64,000 nucleotides of DNA, taken from assembly GCA_951406725.2 (NCBI GenBank), contig OX597841.1, positions 15,066,001 to 15,130,000 of the forward strand, written 5' to 3'. The position numbers were made by a program, and so were the translations under genes. Below are positions 14,521-29,298 of this stretch, in pieces (position 1 is the first letter of the stretch; every line of letters starts with the position of its first letter). The notes below the pieces were generated by a model. It was not told where the DNA came from and made no database searches. It was given only the letters and a program-made list of their open reading frames with translations. The DNA comes from Octopus vulgaris (lineage: Eukaryota).

Positions 14521-15173
14521 CCCCTCCTCCTCCTCCTCCTCCTCCTCCTCCTCTTCTGTCTCTTCTTCTTCTTCTTCTTCTTCTTCTTCTTCTTCTTCTT
14601 CTTCTTCTTCTTCTTCTTCTTCTTCTTCTCCTCCACCTCTTCTGCTTCTTTTTCTTTTTCTTCTTTTCCTCCTCCTCCTCCTCCTCATCTTCTTCTTCTT
14701 CTTCTTCTTCTTCTTCTTCTCCTTCTTCTTCTCCTTCTTCTTCTTCTTCTTCTTCTTCTTCTTCTTCTTCTTCTTCTTCTTCTTCTTCTCCTCCTCCTCC
14801 CCTTCTGCTTCTTTTTCTTTTTCTCCTTCTTCTCCTCCTCCTCCTCCTCTTGTGCTTCTTCTTCTTGTGCTTCTTCTTCTTCTTCTTCTTCTTCTTTTTC
14901 TTCTTCTTCTTCTTCTCCTCCTTCTTCTTCTTCTTCTTCTTCTTCTTCTTCTTCTTCTTCTTCTTCTTCTTCTTCTTCTCCTCCTCATCTTCTGCTTCTT
15001 CTTCTTCTGCTTCTTCTTCTTCTTCTTCTTCTTTTTCTTCTTTTGCTTCTTCTTCTTCTTCTTCTTTGTCTTCTTCTTATTCTCCTCCTCCTCCTTCTTC
15101 ATTTCCCCCTCTGATCTTATTCTAGCTTAACTTCTGCAAAACCACAACACCCTCTTCCTCTTCACACTACTAT

Positions 15174-15236
<63 letters not shown>

Positions 15237-15258
15237 AACTACTACTACTACTACTACA

Positions 15259-15313
<55 letters not shown>
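14521..15313. repeat. (CTT)n/(CCT)n tract then (CTA)n
   Basis: Seen directly. Confidence 0.95.
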
Positions 15314-15314
<1 letters not shown>

Positions 15315-15574
15315 CATCTCCAAGCGGTGAGATGTGTGATTTGTCAGTCCGTCCAGTGTAATTCCAGAATTAATCAGATGAGGAGGGGAGATGACATGGA
15401 ATAAGGGGACACACAGACAGAGCGACAGTAATTATATCACCACTAATACTACCACCACCATCACCACCACTACCATCATTAACATCATTGTCAACATCCT
15501 CCCCACCTCCACCTCCATCATTACCGCAACTACCATAACCACCACCACCACCACCACCACTACCATATATATAT

Positions 15575-15730
15575 ATACACGACAGGCTTCTTTCAGTTTC
15601 CGTTTCTACCAAACCCACTCACAAGGCTTCGGTTGGCTTGAGGCTATAGTAGAAAACACTTGCCCAAGGTGTCACGCAGTGGGACTGAACCCGGAACCAT
15701 GTGGCTGGGAAAGCAACCTTCTTACCACAC
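15575..15730 (-). mobile_element. SINE family A, 5' half
   Basis: Head and body motifs. Confidence 0.82.
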
Positions 15731-15859
15731 AATCTTTTCTATAAATATTTCAAAGGTTATTGTTCTGAAGACCCTTTTTGCTCTGGTACCCTTTAAACGT
15801 ATCACTCGCTATTCTTCGTAGGAGCTACCCGTTATTCATAAATGTCTTTATTCTAATAT

Positions 15860-16010
15860 CTCTATTCCTTAAACTGATTTTCAGTAAAACTCAATATCAC
15901 CGTCTTGCTTTTTCCGGACCCATGACATTCATTCTCATAACCTTTCTCTCAATCGATATCTCCTGAGTTTGTAGGCCGCTTCTTTTCCGTTTTGTCGTCC
16001 ATGCCTGAGA
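15860..16010 (-). pseudogene. Possible highly decayed RTE-clade LINE fragment
   Basis: Minus frame SQAWTTKRKRSGLQTQEISIERKVMR loosely resembles the post-RT SETWT...MERRML region of RTE elements; weak. Confidence 0.25.
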
Positions 16011-16140
16011 GTAAAAAGAATATTTGAGAGTAAAAGGAATATTAAAAATTACTGATGGCAGTTACGCAATCTCTGAAGATATGACAGTGCAATCGAGTCA
16101 TAAGATTTCACCTTGTTAATGAAACGTGCGTAATATGACA

Positions 16141-16655
16141 TCTATATATATAAAACTGTAGTTGTGTGAGTGTCTGTCCCCTTCGATTTAGATTCCTAAC
16201 TCCTCCCACATTTTGCGGTGCAGTTTAACCAAATTCGGGTATCTTATAGTCGGGATTCATATCGAGCCCGTCTGGCTATTAGCGCGCGTCAACGATGAGT
16301 CTACGATTTAAAAAATAATTTAACATCCTTTTTTATTCCATTTTAATGCATAAAATGCATCGTATGTCGATGGCGGCGGATTTGGCGTCCATGGTCACAC
16401 CTGCACCTGTTTGCTTCTCCCCCTTCTTCCCTCCCTCGTGAAGCTGTGGGGAAGGGAGTGTAAGGAAATCAACGTCGTAAAGCGTTGTCAAGGAGACCAG
16501 CGTTCTTTTAGAACAACGACTTCATGGCTTGAAGACACCAAAACAGAAATGGCTAAGAAAGCCCGAATTGGCATCTATAAGGGAAGTAGCTCTCTAAAAA
16601 TGCTTATATAGTTATTTCCCTTTCAAACCCGAGCAACGCCGGGCAATACTGCTAG
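16141..16655 (+). mobile_element. Non-autonomous Helitron, complete (515 bp)
   Basis: Between A16140 and T16656 with no TSD; 5' TCTATATATATAAAA; subterminal hairpin cccg-agcaacgc-cggg 16628-16643; 3' CTAG. Confidence 0.88.
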
Positions 16656-17033
16656 TATATATATATATTTTTTGTGAACAATCTCTTATGTATTCTATTT
16701 ATGCCATGTTTCGGTTATTAGACTGCAGGGCACCACCCTGAAGATTGTTAGAAGAACGAATCGACACCAGAAGGTGTTTTTTTTTATAAAACTTGTCTCT
16801 TTTTCTATCGGTCTTGTTTGCCGAACCGCTATATTAAGAGACCATAAATACATCAACACCGGTTGTCAAGCGATGCTAGGAAACGGACACAGACACAGCG
16901 ACAAACACACACACATGTATATATGTATATATATATGTGTGTGTGTGTGTGTGTGAGTGTGTGGGTACGTGTATGTGTGTGTATATATATATATATATAT
17001 ACGTATATGTATATATAAGTATATCTCTATCTA

Positions 17034-17093
<60 letters not shown>

Positions 17094-17094
17094 C

Positions 17095-17188
<94 letters not shown>

Positions 17189-17195
17189 TAATATA

Positions 17196-17239
<44 letters not shown>

Positions 17240-17255
17240 TATGTATATATAAGTA

Positions 17256-17311
<56 letters not shown>

Positions 17312-17509
17312 AGAAATAGGAATCCTTGGCAGAGTATTATATATTTGAAAAAAATTAACTGAATTGTATTTTCTGATAAGTTTTCCACTTTAATAATTAG
17401 ATGTTTACAAAAAGGTGACTGCGAAAGGAGTTTCGCGCCAAAATAAAGTGGCAAAATTATCAGAAAAGCCATTTTTGTACAATTTTTCAAACACACACGC
17501 ACACACATA

Positions 17510-17583
<74 letters not shown>

Positions 17584-17725
17584 GGTAAGTATGTAGATGT
17601 ATAAATATATATACGTGTATATATATATATTTATACATCCACATATTTGTATATACATATATTTATATATGTGTGTGTATGCATATGCATACACACACAT
17701 ACAATTTCTTAATCGCAAATTCTTA

Positions 17726-17771
<46 letters not shown>

Positions 17772-18139
17772 ACATATACAAGTGCAGGGATTCACCAATA
17801 CGCATGCGCCAACATATATTTTCATTCTTAGTTACTTCCATTTTAAAATAAATTTTTCAGCCAAACTGTCACCTTTTTCACCTCAAAACCACGCAGACTC
17901 CAATTCTGCCTTTTCTTCTCCGTTTGTTTATCCATTAAAATGCCATTTCCCCGAATTTACCATTCTTGCAAACACACACACACACACATACACACCTACA
18001 CGTCATACTTACACAGATATACAGAACGCATGCGCATCTACAAACACGCACATGCCGTTCCTACAGACCATCCCTAGGAAAATATTTCAAACGAAATCAG
18101 TAACACTTCGCTTTCAATTCAAACATTTGCCAACACACA

Positions 18140-18975
18140 CGCATTCCCCCCCACACACACGTACACACGTACACACGTACACACATACACACACACGTAC
18201 ACACATACACACACACGTACACACATACACACAAAGACACACACACATGTTTTATGAATAAGCACACAGATATATAAGCATACACATACACACACACGTA
18301 CACACATACACACAAAGACACACACACATGTTTTATCAATAAGCACACAGATATATAAGCATACACATACACAACACACACACACACACACACGTACACA
18401 CGTACACACGTACACACACAGACACACGTACACACATACACATAGAGACACACACACATGTTTTATCAATAAGCACACAGATATATAAGCATACACATAC
18501 ACACACACACACACACACGTACACACGTACACACGTACACACATACACAGACAGACATACGTACACACATACACATAGAGACACACACACATGTTTGATC
18601 AATAAGCACACAGATATATAAGCATACACATATACACACACACACACACGTACACACGTACACACGTACACACATATACACACAGACACACGTACACACA
18701 TACACACACACACACACACACGTACACACATACATACAAAGACACACACACATGTTTGATCAATAAGCATACAGATATATAAGAATACACATACACACAC
18801 ACACGTACACACATACACACAAAGACACACACACATGTTTTATCAATAAGCACAGATATATAAGCATACACATACACACACACACACACGTACACACATA
18901 CACACAAAGACACACACACATGTTTTATCAATAAGCACAGATATATAAGCATACACATATACACACACACACACA
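18140..18975. repeat. Compound minisatellite: 7 copies of a ~37-bp anchor separated by variable CA-type tracts
   Basis: atgttttatcaataagcacacagatatataagcatac at 18247, 18328, 18458, 18591, 18752, 18835, 18920. Confidence 0.88.
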
Positions 18976-19114
18976 CGCGCGCGCATGAGCAACCCATACA
19001 AGCGAAGTCACAATAAAACAATCAAATGCTTTAAATTCTTTATACTAAATAGAATAAAATTTAATAAAAAAACAACAACAAAAACAATGTGACACACACG
19101 GCAGGTACAGACAC

Positions 19115-19265
19115 CGGCTTGGCTCTGTAGTTATGAAGCTTGTCTTGCAACCATGTGATTTCCGGTTCAGTTCAACTGCGTGGCACCATGGGGCAGGTGT
19201 CTTCTGCCACAGCCTCAGAGTGAGACCAAAGGATTGAGAGTGGATTTGGTTGACGAAAACCGAAA
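19115..19265 (+). mobile_element. SINE family A, old 5' half
   Basis: Diverged head and gagtggatttggttgacgaaaac. Confidence 0.7.
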
Positions 19266-19775
19266 ACTGGAATTGCTCGAAATGAGGAGTAGATAGACAG
19301 CCGACATCTGATGAAGGGTCGTTCTTCAAGTTACTTGTCCTGTTTCCCATTTTTTCTCTCGTTCGCCAAAAGGAGTTTGTATTCGCATCTCATGTTGTTT
19401 TTCGTATTTCGGATTTCATGTTTTCGTATCTCATGTTGATTACATTTTGTGACGTCCTGTAAACCATAGACAGTGTTAAATAATACACTGTAGAACGGGT
19501 ATTGAGTACTTTCTTATATTTTCGTTGCCAAAGTAGAACATTAGAAAATATCTTACTGCCTTTTCGCGTCGTGCGTGTGTGTTTGTGTGTTCGTACGATT
19601 TTATTAATGCAAAAATATATAGATGCATATGTATATATGCATACATGTGTGTGTGTGTGTGTGTGTGTGTATGCATACATCAATATGAAGAATATATACA
19701 AATATAGACACACATACGTATATATAAATTTTATACTCATACAAATATATTTACTTGTGTGTGTAGTGTATACAC

Positions 19776-19810
<35 letters not shown>

Positions 19811-20971
19811 ATTCCTCTCCCTGTCTCTCTCTCACTATACATATATACATATACACACACATATACATACACACACATACACACACACATACACACACAC
19901 ACACACATATATATATAGCCATATGTACGTATCATGTATATAGGCTTATATGCAAGTATATATACTCACACGTTACAAAGATATCAAAGTAAATAATATT
20001 TATGTGAAATACGCTTATATACGCTTACATACATACCATATGCACATACAAATATATATAGACATGCATACGCGTATATATATATATATATATACATGTG
20101 TATATGTGCTTATATATATTCATACATATATATATATATATATATATAGACATATGCGTGTGTGTGTGTAATCATTTTAGAGATATACTTTTTAACCTTA
20201 CACCAACAGAGATTTCCACTCAAGAACTTTGGTATTTTCTAAAGCATGTGTCTCTCTCTCTGAAAAAATATGATTGGTATTTCCTTAAAGCTACGCAACT
20301 GACGTTCTGTTTGTTGTTGTTGCTGTTGTTGCTGTTGTTGTTGTCATTAATTCCGCTGGTGCCGGCGACGGCGGCGGCAGTCGAAGGCGTAGTAGATGTA
20401 TTGCTGATTGCGAAAAATTGAGTAATATTATGGTGAAGGGTTGTTATAACTGCCTCCACCCCTCTCGCTCCCTCTCGTTGTTCTCACTCGTTCTCTCTTT
20501 CACTCTTTCTTTCTCTTTCTCTCTCTCTCTCTCTCTCTCGCATAGTCTCTCTCTCTATCTCTCTCTGCTCTTACTGCCTGCTGCGTGATTGTATACAGTG
20601 AATGTGTTGGTGGTGGTAGGTAATTCAGGCATTTTCTGTAACTGACTGCTTTCGCTCTCGCCCTCTTCCCCGCCGCCACCTCCCTCCACCAGCATATTCT
20701 TAGATGATGATGATGATGAGGATGAGGAGGAAGTGGAGGAGGTGGGGGTCGGGATGGTGATGTCGCAGAAGCAGCTGCCGGTTTTGATGTTTCGTTTGAT
20801 TTTGTTATTTTTGCGGACTAGTGACATGGCTGCCGTTGTTGTTGTTGTTGTTGTTGTTGTTGTGCGAGACATTGCGATGTGAATATACAGAAATATATGT
20901 ACATACATGAGTGTGTGTGTGTATATATATTTATGGTATGTATATATATATATATATATATATATGCGTAG

Positions 20972-21066
<95 letters not shown>

Positions 21067-21459
21067 TATATGCATTTATGCATGTATGCATGTATATCTA
21101 TTAATGTACATATATATGCGGATACATGTATATATATATGTATATATATATATATTGGTAAATATATGCATATAATGAAAATAGATATACATATGTGTGT
21201 GCGTCTATATATATATAGATATACATATATATACATATATATGACACATATATATATGTATATGATACAAGTTCTATGCTGCATACATGGAATATATATT
21301 TTTAGCAGAATATATAAATGAATGAATATATATGCGTATATATATATATACAGATATATGAATACATAAATTAATAGTTATACAGAGAAAAAATGTTTGT
21401 CTACTTGTATTGCATACGTCGTATAGATATCTATCTGTCCATCAATCCATCCAGCACTC

Positions 21460-22199
21460 TATGTATGTATGAATGTATGTATGTATGTATGTATGTATGT
21501 ATGTATGTATGTATGTATGTATGTATGTATGTATGTATGTATGTATGTATTTATGTATGTATGTATGTATGTATGTATGTATGTATGTATGTATGTATGT
21601 AGGTATGATGTATGTATGTATGTATGTATGTATGTATGTATGTATGTATGTATGTGTGTATGTATGTATGTATGTATGTATGTATGTATGTATGTATGTA
21701 TGTGTGTATGTATGTATGTATGTATGTATGTATGTATGAATGTATGTATGTATGTATGTATGTATGTATGTATGTATGTATGTATGTATGTATGTATGTA
21801 TGTATGTATGTATATATGTGTGTATGTATGTATGTATGTATGTATGTATGTATGTATGTATGTATGTGTGTATGTATGTATGTATGTATGTATGTATGTA
21901 TGTATGTATGTATGTATGTATGTATGTGTGTGTGTATGTATGTATGTATGTATGTATGTATGTATGTGCGTATGTATGTATGTATGTATGTATGTATGTA
22001 TGTATGTATGTATGTGTGTATGTATGTATGTATGTATGTATGTATGTATGTATGTATGTATGTATGTATGTATGTATGTATGTATGTATGTATGTATGTA
22101 TGTATGTATGTATGTATGTATGTGTATGTATGTATGTATGTATGTATGTGTGTATGTATGTATGAAGTATGTATGTATGTATGTATGTATGTATGTATG

Positions 22200-22231
<32 letters not shown>

Positions 22232-22653
22232 CATGTATTCATGTATGTATGTATGTATGTATGTAGGTATGAATGTATGTATGTATGTATGTATGTATGT
22301 ATGTATGTATGTGTGTGTATGTATGTATGTATGTATGTATGTATGTATGTATGTATGTATGTATGTATGTATGTATGTATGTATTTATGTATGTATGTAT
22401 GTATGTATGTATGTATGTAGGTATGTATGTATGTATGTATGTATGTATGTATGTATGTATGTATGTATGTATGTATGTATGTATGTATGTATGAATGTAT
22501 GTATGTATTTATGTATGTATGTATGTATGTATGTATGTATGTATGTATGTATGTATGTATGTATGTATGTATGTATGTATGTATGTATGTATGTATGTAT
22601 ATATGTATGTATGAATGTATGTATGTATGTATGTATGTATGTATGTATGTATG

Positions 22654-22687
<34 letters not shown>

Positions 22688-22760
22688 TGTATGTATGTAT
22701 GTGTGTATGTATATATGATGTATGTATGTATGTATGTATGTATGTATGTATGTATGTATG

Positions 22761-22794
<34 letters not shown>

Positions 22795-23040
22795 TGTATG
22801 TATGTATGTATGTATGTGTGTATGTATGTATGTATGTATGTATGTATGTATGTATGTATGTATGTATGTATATATGTATGTATGTATGTATGTATGCATG
22901 TATTCATGTATGTATGTATGTATATATGTATGTATGAATGTATGTATGTATGTATGTATGTATATATGTATGTATGTATGTATGAATGTATGTATGCATG
23001 TATGTATGCATGTATGTATCTATGTATGTATGTATATGTG
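21460..23040. repeat. (TATG)n microsatellite, about 1.6 kb
   Basis: Seen directly. Confidence 0.97.
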
Positions 23041-23086
23041 TGTGTATCTAAGTATGCGTGTATCTATCTATCTATCTATTTATCTA

Positions 23087-23155
<69 letters not shown>

Positions 23156-23782
23156 GTACGTATGTATGTCTGTGTATGTATGTATGTATGTATGTACGTA
23201 TGAATGTATGTATGTAATTATGTATGTATGTATGCATGTATCTTTCTGTCTGTCAATTTATCTATCTATCTATACACCCCCACAACCATATTTATATATC
23301 GTCTGCATATTTATATGCAGGCGATATAAACAAATATATATATATATATATATGTTTACGCACACACACACAGACACACACAGACACACACATACAAATC
23401 CGTTTTGTAAGTACGAAAGGAAGGCTACATAAAAAAAAATCAATACAGGCGGGAATATTTCTTGGTGTATTCCAGGGCGAGATTCACTCACACACAGACG
23501 CCATTGACCTTGCAGCATTTCAGTCGTAGGAAAGGACTTTTAAGCCTCGTCGTCGAATAAATGAATAAACGAGTGTGCCTGTACGCATGCGCACACACAC
23601 ACACACACACACACAGATACATACATATACATACACACATACACACATATATAGACACACACATACACATACATACACACATACATGCACACACACACAT
23701 ACATACACACATACATACACACACACATACATACACACATACATACACATATATATACATATACACATACACACACACATAT

Positions 23783-23832
<50 letters not shown>

Positions 23833-24193
23833 ATACATACACATATACATACACACATACATACACACACATACATACACATACATGCACACACACATAC
23901 ATACACACACACACACACACACATACATACACACATACACACACATGCACACACACACATACATACACATACATGCACACACACACATACATACACATAC
24001 ATACACACACACACATACATACACATATATATACACACACATACACATACATACATACACACACATACATACACATATACATACACACACATACACATAC
24101 ATACACATACATACACACATATATACACACATATGCACATACATACACACATACATACTCACACACATACACACATACACATACACATAGATT

Positions 24194-24238
<45 letters not shown>

Positions 24239-24263
24239 CGTCGAAGAATGATACTGGGTTCAA

Positions 24264-24349
24264 AATTCACAACAGCTGTTTCGACAACGTATAACTGATA
24301 CGTATATAGATTATTTTATCGCTAAAAACACACCGTCATCAGCTGAATT
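24264..24349 (-). ncRNA. Decayed hammerhead ribozyme
   Basis: Minus: aattcag CTGATGA cggtgtg...tacgttgtc GAAAC AGCT GTT gtgaatt; palindromic ACAGCTGT; core/stem II junction appears shortened. Confidence 0.55.
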
Positions 24350-24482
24350 CTAAACAGATAAACAGGCACAGGAGTGGCTGTGTGGTAAGTAGTTTGCTTA
24401 CCAACCAAATGGTTCCATGTTCAGTCCCACTGTATGACATTTGGGCAAGTGTCTTCTATATATATATATTCACACACATACA

Positions 24483-24524
<42 letters not shown>

Positions 24525-24606
24525 TGTATGTGTGTGAATATATATATAGAAGATATATATATATATATATATATATATGCATGTATTGTGTGAATATATA
24601 TATAGA

Positions 24607-24640
<34 letters not shown>

Positions 24641-24643
<3 letters not shown>

Positions 24644-24815
24644 CCCCTGTCTTCCCTTCTCGGGATCTTTCCTTCTCCTATGTTTCCGACGAAGATCTCC
24701 GCTCGAAACGTCAAACCCTCCTTCTTCCCTTCTTTCCTGAGCGTCCAATAATACTTTATTCGTTCCACGTCCTTGCGTTGTTGTTTTTTTGTTTTTGTTT
24801 TCTTGTTTGGATTAA

Positions 24816-24818
<3 letters not shown>
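24641..24818 (+). mobile_element. ~200-bp (TA)n-flanked element with minimal hammerhead (24682-24716)
   Basis: gttt CCGACGA a gatc-tcc-gctc GAAAC GTC aaac; homologous to 32300-32503 and 50145-50341. Confidence 0.75.
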
Positions 24819-24867
<49 letters not shown>

Positions 24868-24920
24868 CATCCAGCATGGCCACAGCTCAATGAGCTGAAA
24901 CTAAAAATCAATCAAAAAAT

Positions 24921-25038
<118 letters not shown>

Positions 25039-25264
25039 CAGCAAAACTTTAGATTCAGATGAATATGGTACTTAAGCTAAAGGCGCCAGAATTTGGTATG
25101 GTATTATCCATATAAATCAAATGGGGTGATTATAATCAAAATAAGTAACACACCTATCTACCTAGCTATCTACACTCACCCCCTCACACACAAATATAAG
25201 AAGGCAAACCATTTTCATTAATCTTCTCGCACTTTCCACCTCTCTAACCTGTATTTCCCCGTAT

Positions 25265-25308
25265 TGTTATCATCATCATCATCATCATCATTATTATCAT
25301 TATTATTA

Positions 25309-25399
<91 letters not shown>

Positions 25400-25410
25400 C
25401 ATTATTATTA
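25265..25410. repeat. (TTA)n/(TCA)n microsatellite
   Basis: Seen directly; abuts the 3' end of the retrotransposon fragment. Confidence 0.95.
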
Positions 25411-26025
25411 TTCAGTAGTTTTATTTTTATAGCGTGCTTTCACTTCACTACCGAGCGCAGCTCTGTGTGCCTTGGGTATGTGCTGTGATTTGTTGTGATG
25501 CTCTGATGGTTACTGTATTGAAAGTGTTCTGCGTAGGATGTGTGCAGTGCCTAGTAGTGCAATTTTCTGTATGTTATATGTGTTTGTAAGTCCTGGTGTT
25601 TTTGTTATGTATTTGTCTGAATATTTTTTTATCATGCAGGTCTTTGTATTTTGAGAGTTTCTCCATTTCTTTTAGAGACACGTTGTCATCAGCCGGTATT
25701 GATACATCAATTAGAAAGCATTTTTTTTCTTCATGGTCTCTGACAACTATATCTGGTCTGTTGGCCTTAATTTCTCTGTCTGTGTGTATCGGCATATCCC
25801 AGAGTATGGTTGCTTTCTCGTTTTCTGTGACTTTTTCTGGTGTGTGCCTATACCATCTTTTTTCTGTTGTTATTCCATAATGTTGGCATAGCTTCCAATG
25901 TATGTAGGTTCCAACTCTGTCATGTCTGTGAATATATTCCTTCTTAGCCAGGACTGGGTAGCTAGAGATAATATGATTTATTGTTTCTTGTCCATCTCCA
26001 CATATTCTGCAGTTACTTGTAATAT
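25411..26025 (-). mobile_element. R4/Dong-clade non-LTR retrotransposon 3' fragment, copy 1
   Basis: Minus frame CRICGDGQETINHIISSY (CCHC knuckle, last C to Y), RHD motif, [21 protein letters not shown]...LIDVSIP...EKLSKYKDL (PD-(D/E)xK restriction-like endonuclease); 68-bp deletion relative to copy 2. Confidence 0.9.
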
Positions 26026-26033
26026 TATTATTA

Positions 26034-26526
26034 TTCAGTAGTTTTATTTTTATAGCGTGCTTTCACTTCACTACCGAACACAGCTCTGTGTGCCTTGGGT
26101 ATGTGCTGTGATTTGTTGTGATGCTCTGATGGTAATTGTATGGAAAGTGTTCTGCGTAGGATGTGTGCAGTGCCTAGTAGTGCAATTTTCTGTAAGTTAT
26201 ATGTGTTTGTAAGTCCTGGTGTTTTTGTTATGTATTTGTCTGAATATTTTTTTATCATGCCTAATGCACCTACTATGATAGGAATTGTTTCTGTTTTCAG
26301 ATTCCACATTCTAGTTACCTCTATTTCCAGGTCTTTGTATTTTGAGAGTTTTCCATTTCTTTTAGAGACACGTTGTCATCAGCCGGTATTGATACATCAA
26401 TTAGAAAGCATTTTTTTCTTCATGATCTCTGACAACTATGTCTGGTCTGTTGGCCTTAATTTCTCTATCTGTGTGTATCGGCATATCCCAGAGTATGGTT
26501 GCTTTCTCGTTTTCTATGACCTTTTT
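26034..26526 (-). mobile_element. R4/Dong-clade 3' fragment, copy 2
   Basis: MWNLKTETIPIIVGALG...LQKIALLGTAHILRRTL C-terminus; same 3' end as copy 1; bounded by TAA repeats. Confidence 0.9.
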
Positions 26527-26626
26527 ATTATTATATATACGTATGTATATGTATATATATATATATAATAAATATGTTTATATATATGCCATATATGTTT
26601 ATATTTATTTTAAAGTATATATGTGT

Positions 26627-26699
<73 letters not shown>

Positions 26700-26707
26700 G
26701 ATACATA

Positions 26708-26774
<67 letters not shown>

Positions 26775-26836
26775 CCTAAATCACGAATTGATCGGGAATA
26801 TATTTTGTGTCGTATTCGATTAACCTTTATTCTTCT

Positions 26837-27041
26837 TTATTGCCAATCTAGATGCCACTCTCTCCGCTCTGTTATTAAACTTAGCAGCTCATCTTTATTT
26901 AATTTATGCAAATTATCCGACTGAGATGCCAGTAGTCGTCTCCGAGTTAGATGATGGAGACGAGTTCTCATATTTCTATGTACTTCATATGAATAATTGT
27001 AGAGATCTCCACCACCTGAAACCTTTGGTTGCCTTGTCAAT
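26837..27041 (-). CDS. Candidate terminal coding exon, unknown product
   Basis: Acceptor ctcttttAG, open frame LTRQPKVSGGGDLY...ERREWHLDWQ*, two AATAAA at and just after the stop; no recognised homology. Confidence 0.25.
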
Positions 27042-27165
27042 CTAAAAGAGCAGTATACATACACAGGTGTATACAATCACACACAGGTGCAAACATAAAT
27101 ATACACACACGCAAACATGTATACTTATAAATGTGTCTGTATATCTATCTATCTATCTATCTATT

Positions 27166-27231
<66 letters not shown>

Positions 27232-27235
27232 TATT

Positions 27236-27405
27236 TCTTTACTGCCCAGAAGGGGCTAAACATAGAGGGGACAAACAAGGACAGACGAAGGGATTGAGTC
27301 GATTATATATCGCCCCCAGTACGAAACTGGTACTTTATTTATCGACCTCGAAAGGATGAAAAGCAAAGTTGACCTCGGCGGAATTTGAACTCAGAACGTA
27401 ACGAC
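27236..27405 (-). mobile_element. SINE family B, 5'-truncated
   Basis: Reverse complement of family B core and tail. Confidence 0.82.
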
Positions 27406-27434
27406 AAAATATATACATACATACATACATGCAT

Positions 27435-27587
<153 letters not shown>

Positions 27588-27889
27588 CAGTCAGGCAGAT
27601 GGACAGACAGAAAGATAGATAGAAAGATAAACAGACAGATAGATAGATAGAAAGGTAGATTGCCTAAACGCAGACGTAGACACACCCAGACGGACCCGCA
27701 TACCCATACACATGTATGGGTATCAAGTACGACTCTGTGAAAGGAACGTTTGTATCACATCAACCGCGACTTCTGTGAAATCCAGCCATTACCAGTGTGG
27801 AAACCAGCGTGACCAACGCCGCCACCTACACCTCTTGCTCCCACTCTCTTCCTCCTCCTCCTCCAACACCTCTTCCACCATCACTACAA

Positions 27890-29031
27890 CCAAAACAACC
27901 ACCACCGCCACCACCACCACCACCACCAGAACCTCCACCAGCACCAGCACCAGCACCACGCCACTACCACCACCACCATCACCATCACCACGCCACCACC
28001 ACCACCACCACTACGACCACCATCACCACCACCGCCACCACCGCCACAACCACCGCCACAACCACCACCACCATCACCACCACCACCACCAGAACCTCCA
28101 CCAGCAGCCCCACCACCACCGCCACCGCCGCCACCACCACCACCACCACAACCACCGCCACCACCACCACCTCCACCGACCACCATCACCACCACCGCCA
28201 CCACCACCACAACCACCGCCACAACCACCACCACCATCACCACCACCACCACCAGAACCTCCACCAGCAGCCCCACCACCACCGCCACCGCCGCCACCAC
28301 CACCACCACCACCACCACCGCCACCACCACCACCTCCACCGCCACTACTTCGCCACCAAAATTAACACCACCATCCACCCCACCATCATCATTACCACAA
28401 GCGTCACATCCCCCTCCCCCAGCTAATCCCTTAATTACATTAAGCCCCAACACCGCCCAACTTCGTTAGGGTTTTTTTGTTCCTATAAACCTTCAGATTT
28501 TCTGTTGCCAGTAATTAAGGAATTGGTCGATGTTGTTGATGGTGGTGGTGGTGGTGGTGGTGGTGGTGGTGGTTGTGGTGGTGGTGGTGATGGTGATGGC
28601 CGTGGTGGTGGTAGTGGTGGTGATGGTGATGGCGGTGGTGGTGGTAGTTGTGGAGTTTGTGATGGGATTGTGGTGGTGGTGATGGTAGTTGTCGTGGTGG
28701 TGGTTGTGGTGGCTGTGATGGTATTGGTGGTGGTGATAGTGATTGTGGTAGTGGTGGCTGTTGTTGTTGTTGTTGTTGTGGTGGTGGTGGTTATAGTGGC
28801 GGTGGTAGTGGTGTTTGTGATGGAGGTGGTGGCGTTTGTTGTAGCGGCGGTGACAGCAGTAGTGGTGGTTGTTGTTGTAGTGGCGGAGTAGTAATAGTGG
28901 TAACAGTAGCGGTTGTAGTGGTTGTAGTACTAATAGCGGTGGTGGTGGTAGTGGGCGATATTGATGCTATTCCCGACGTTGCGATTTTAATTCGTGTGTG
29001 GCGGAGTTGGCGGTGACCAAATTCGCTGCTG

Positions 29032-29068
<37 letters not shown>

Positions 29069-29149
29069 CACTACAACAACTACTACTACTACAACTACTA
29101 CCACTACTACTACTACTACTACTACAACTAGTACAACTACTACTACAAA

Positions 29150-29182
<33 letters not shown>

Positions 29183-29256
29183 AGCTACTACTACTACTAC
29201 TACAACTAATACAACTACTACTACAAATACTACTACTACTACTACTACTACAACTA

Positions 29257-29298
<42 letters not shown>

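Noticed and set aside
18247-18960. CRISPR-like repeat-spacer pattern
   Set aside because: Spacers are related microsatellites of very variable length, no cas genes, eukaryotic context
19308-19330. CTGATGA followed by a short stem
   Set aside because: No downstream GAAA or stem III
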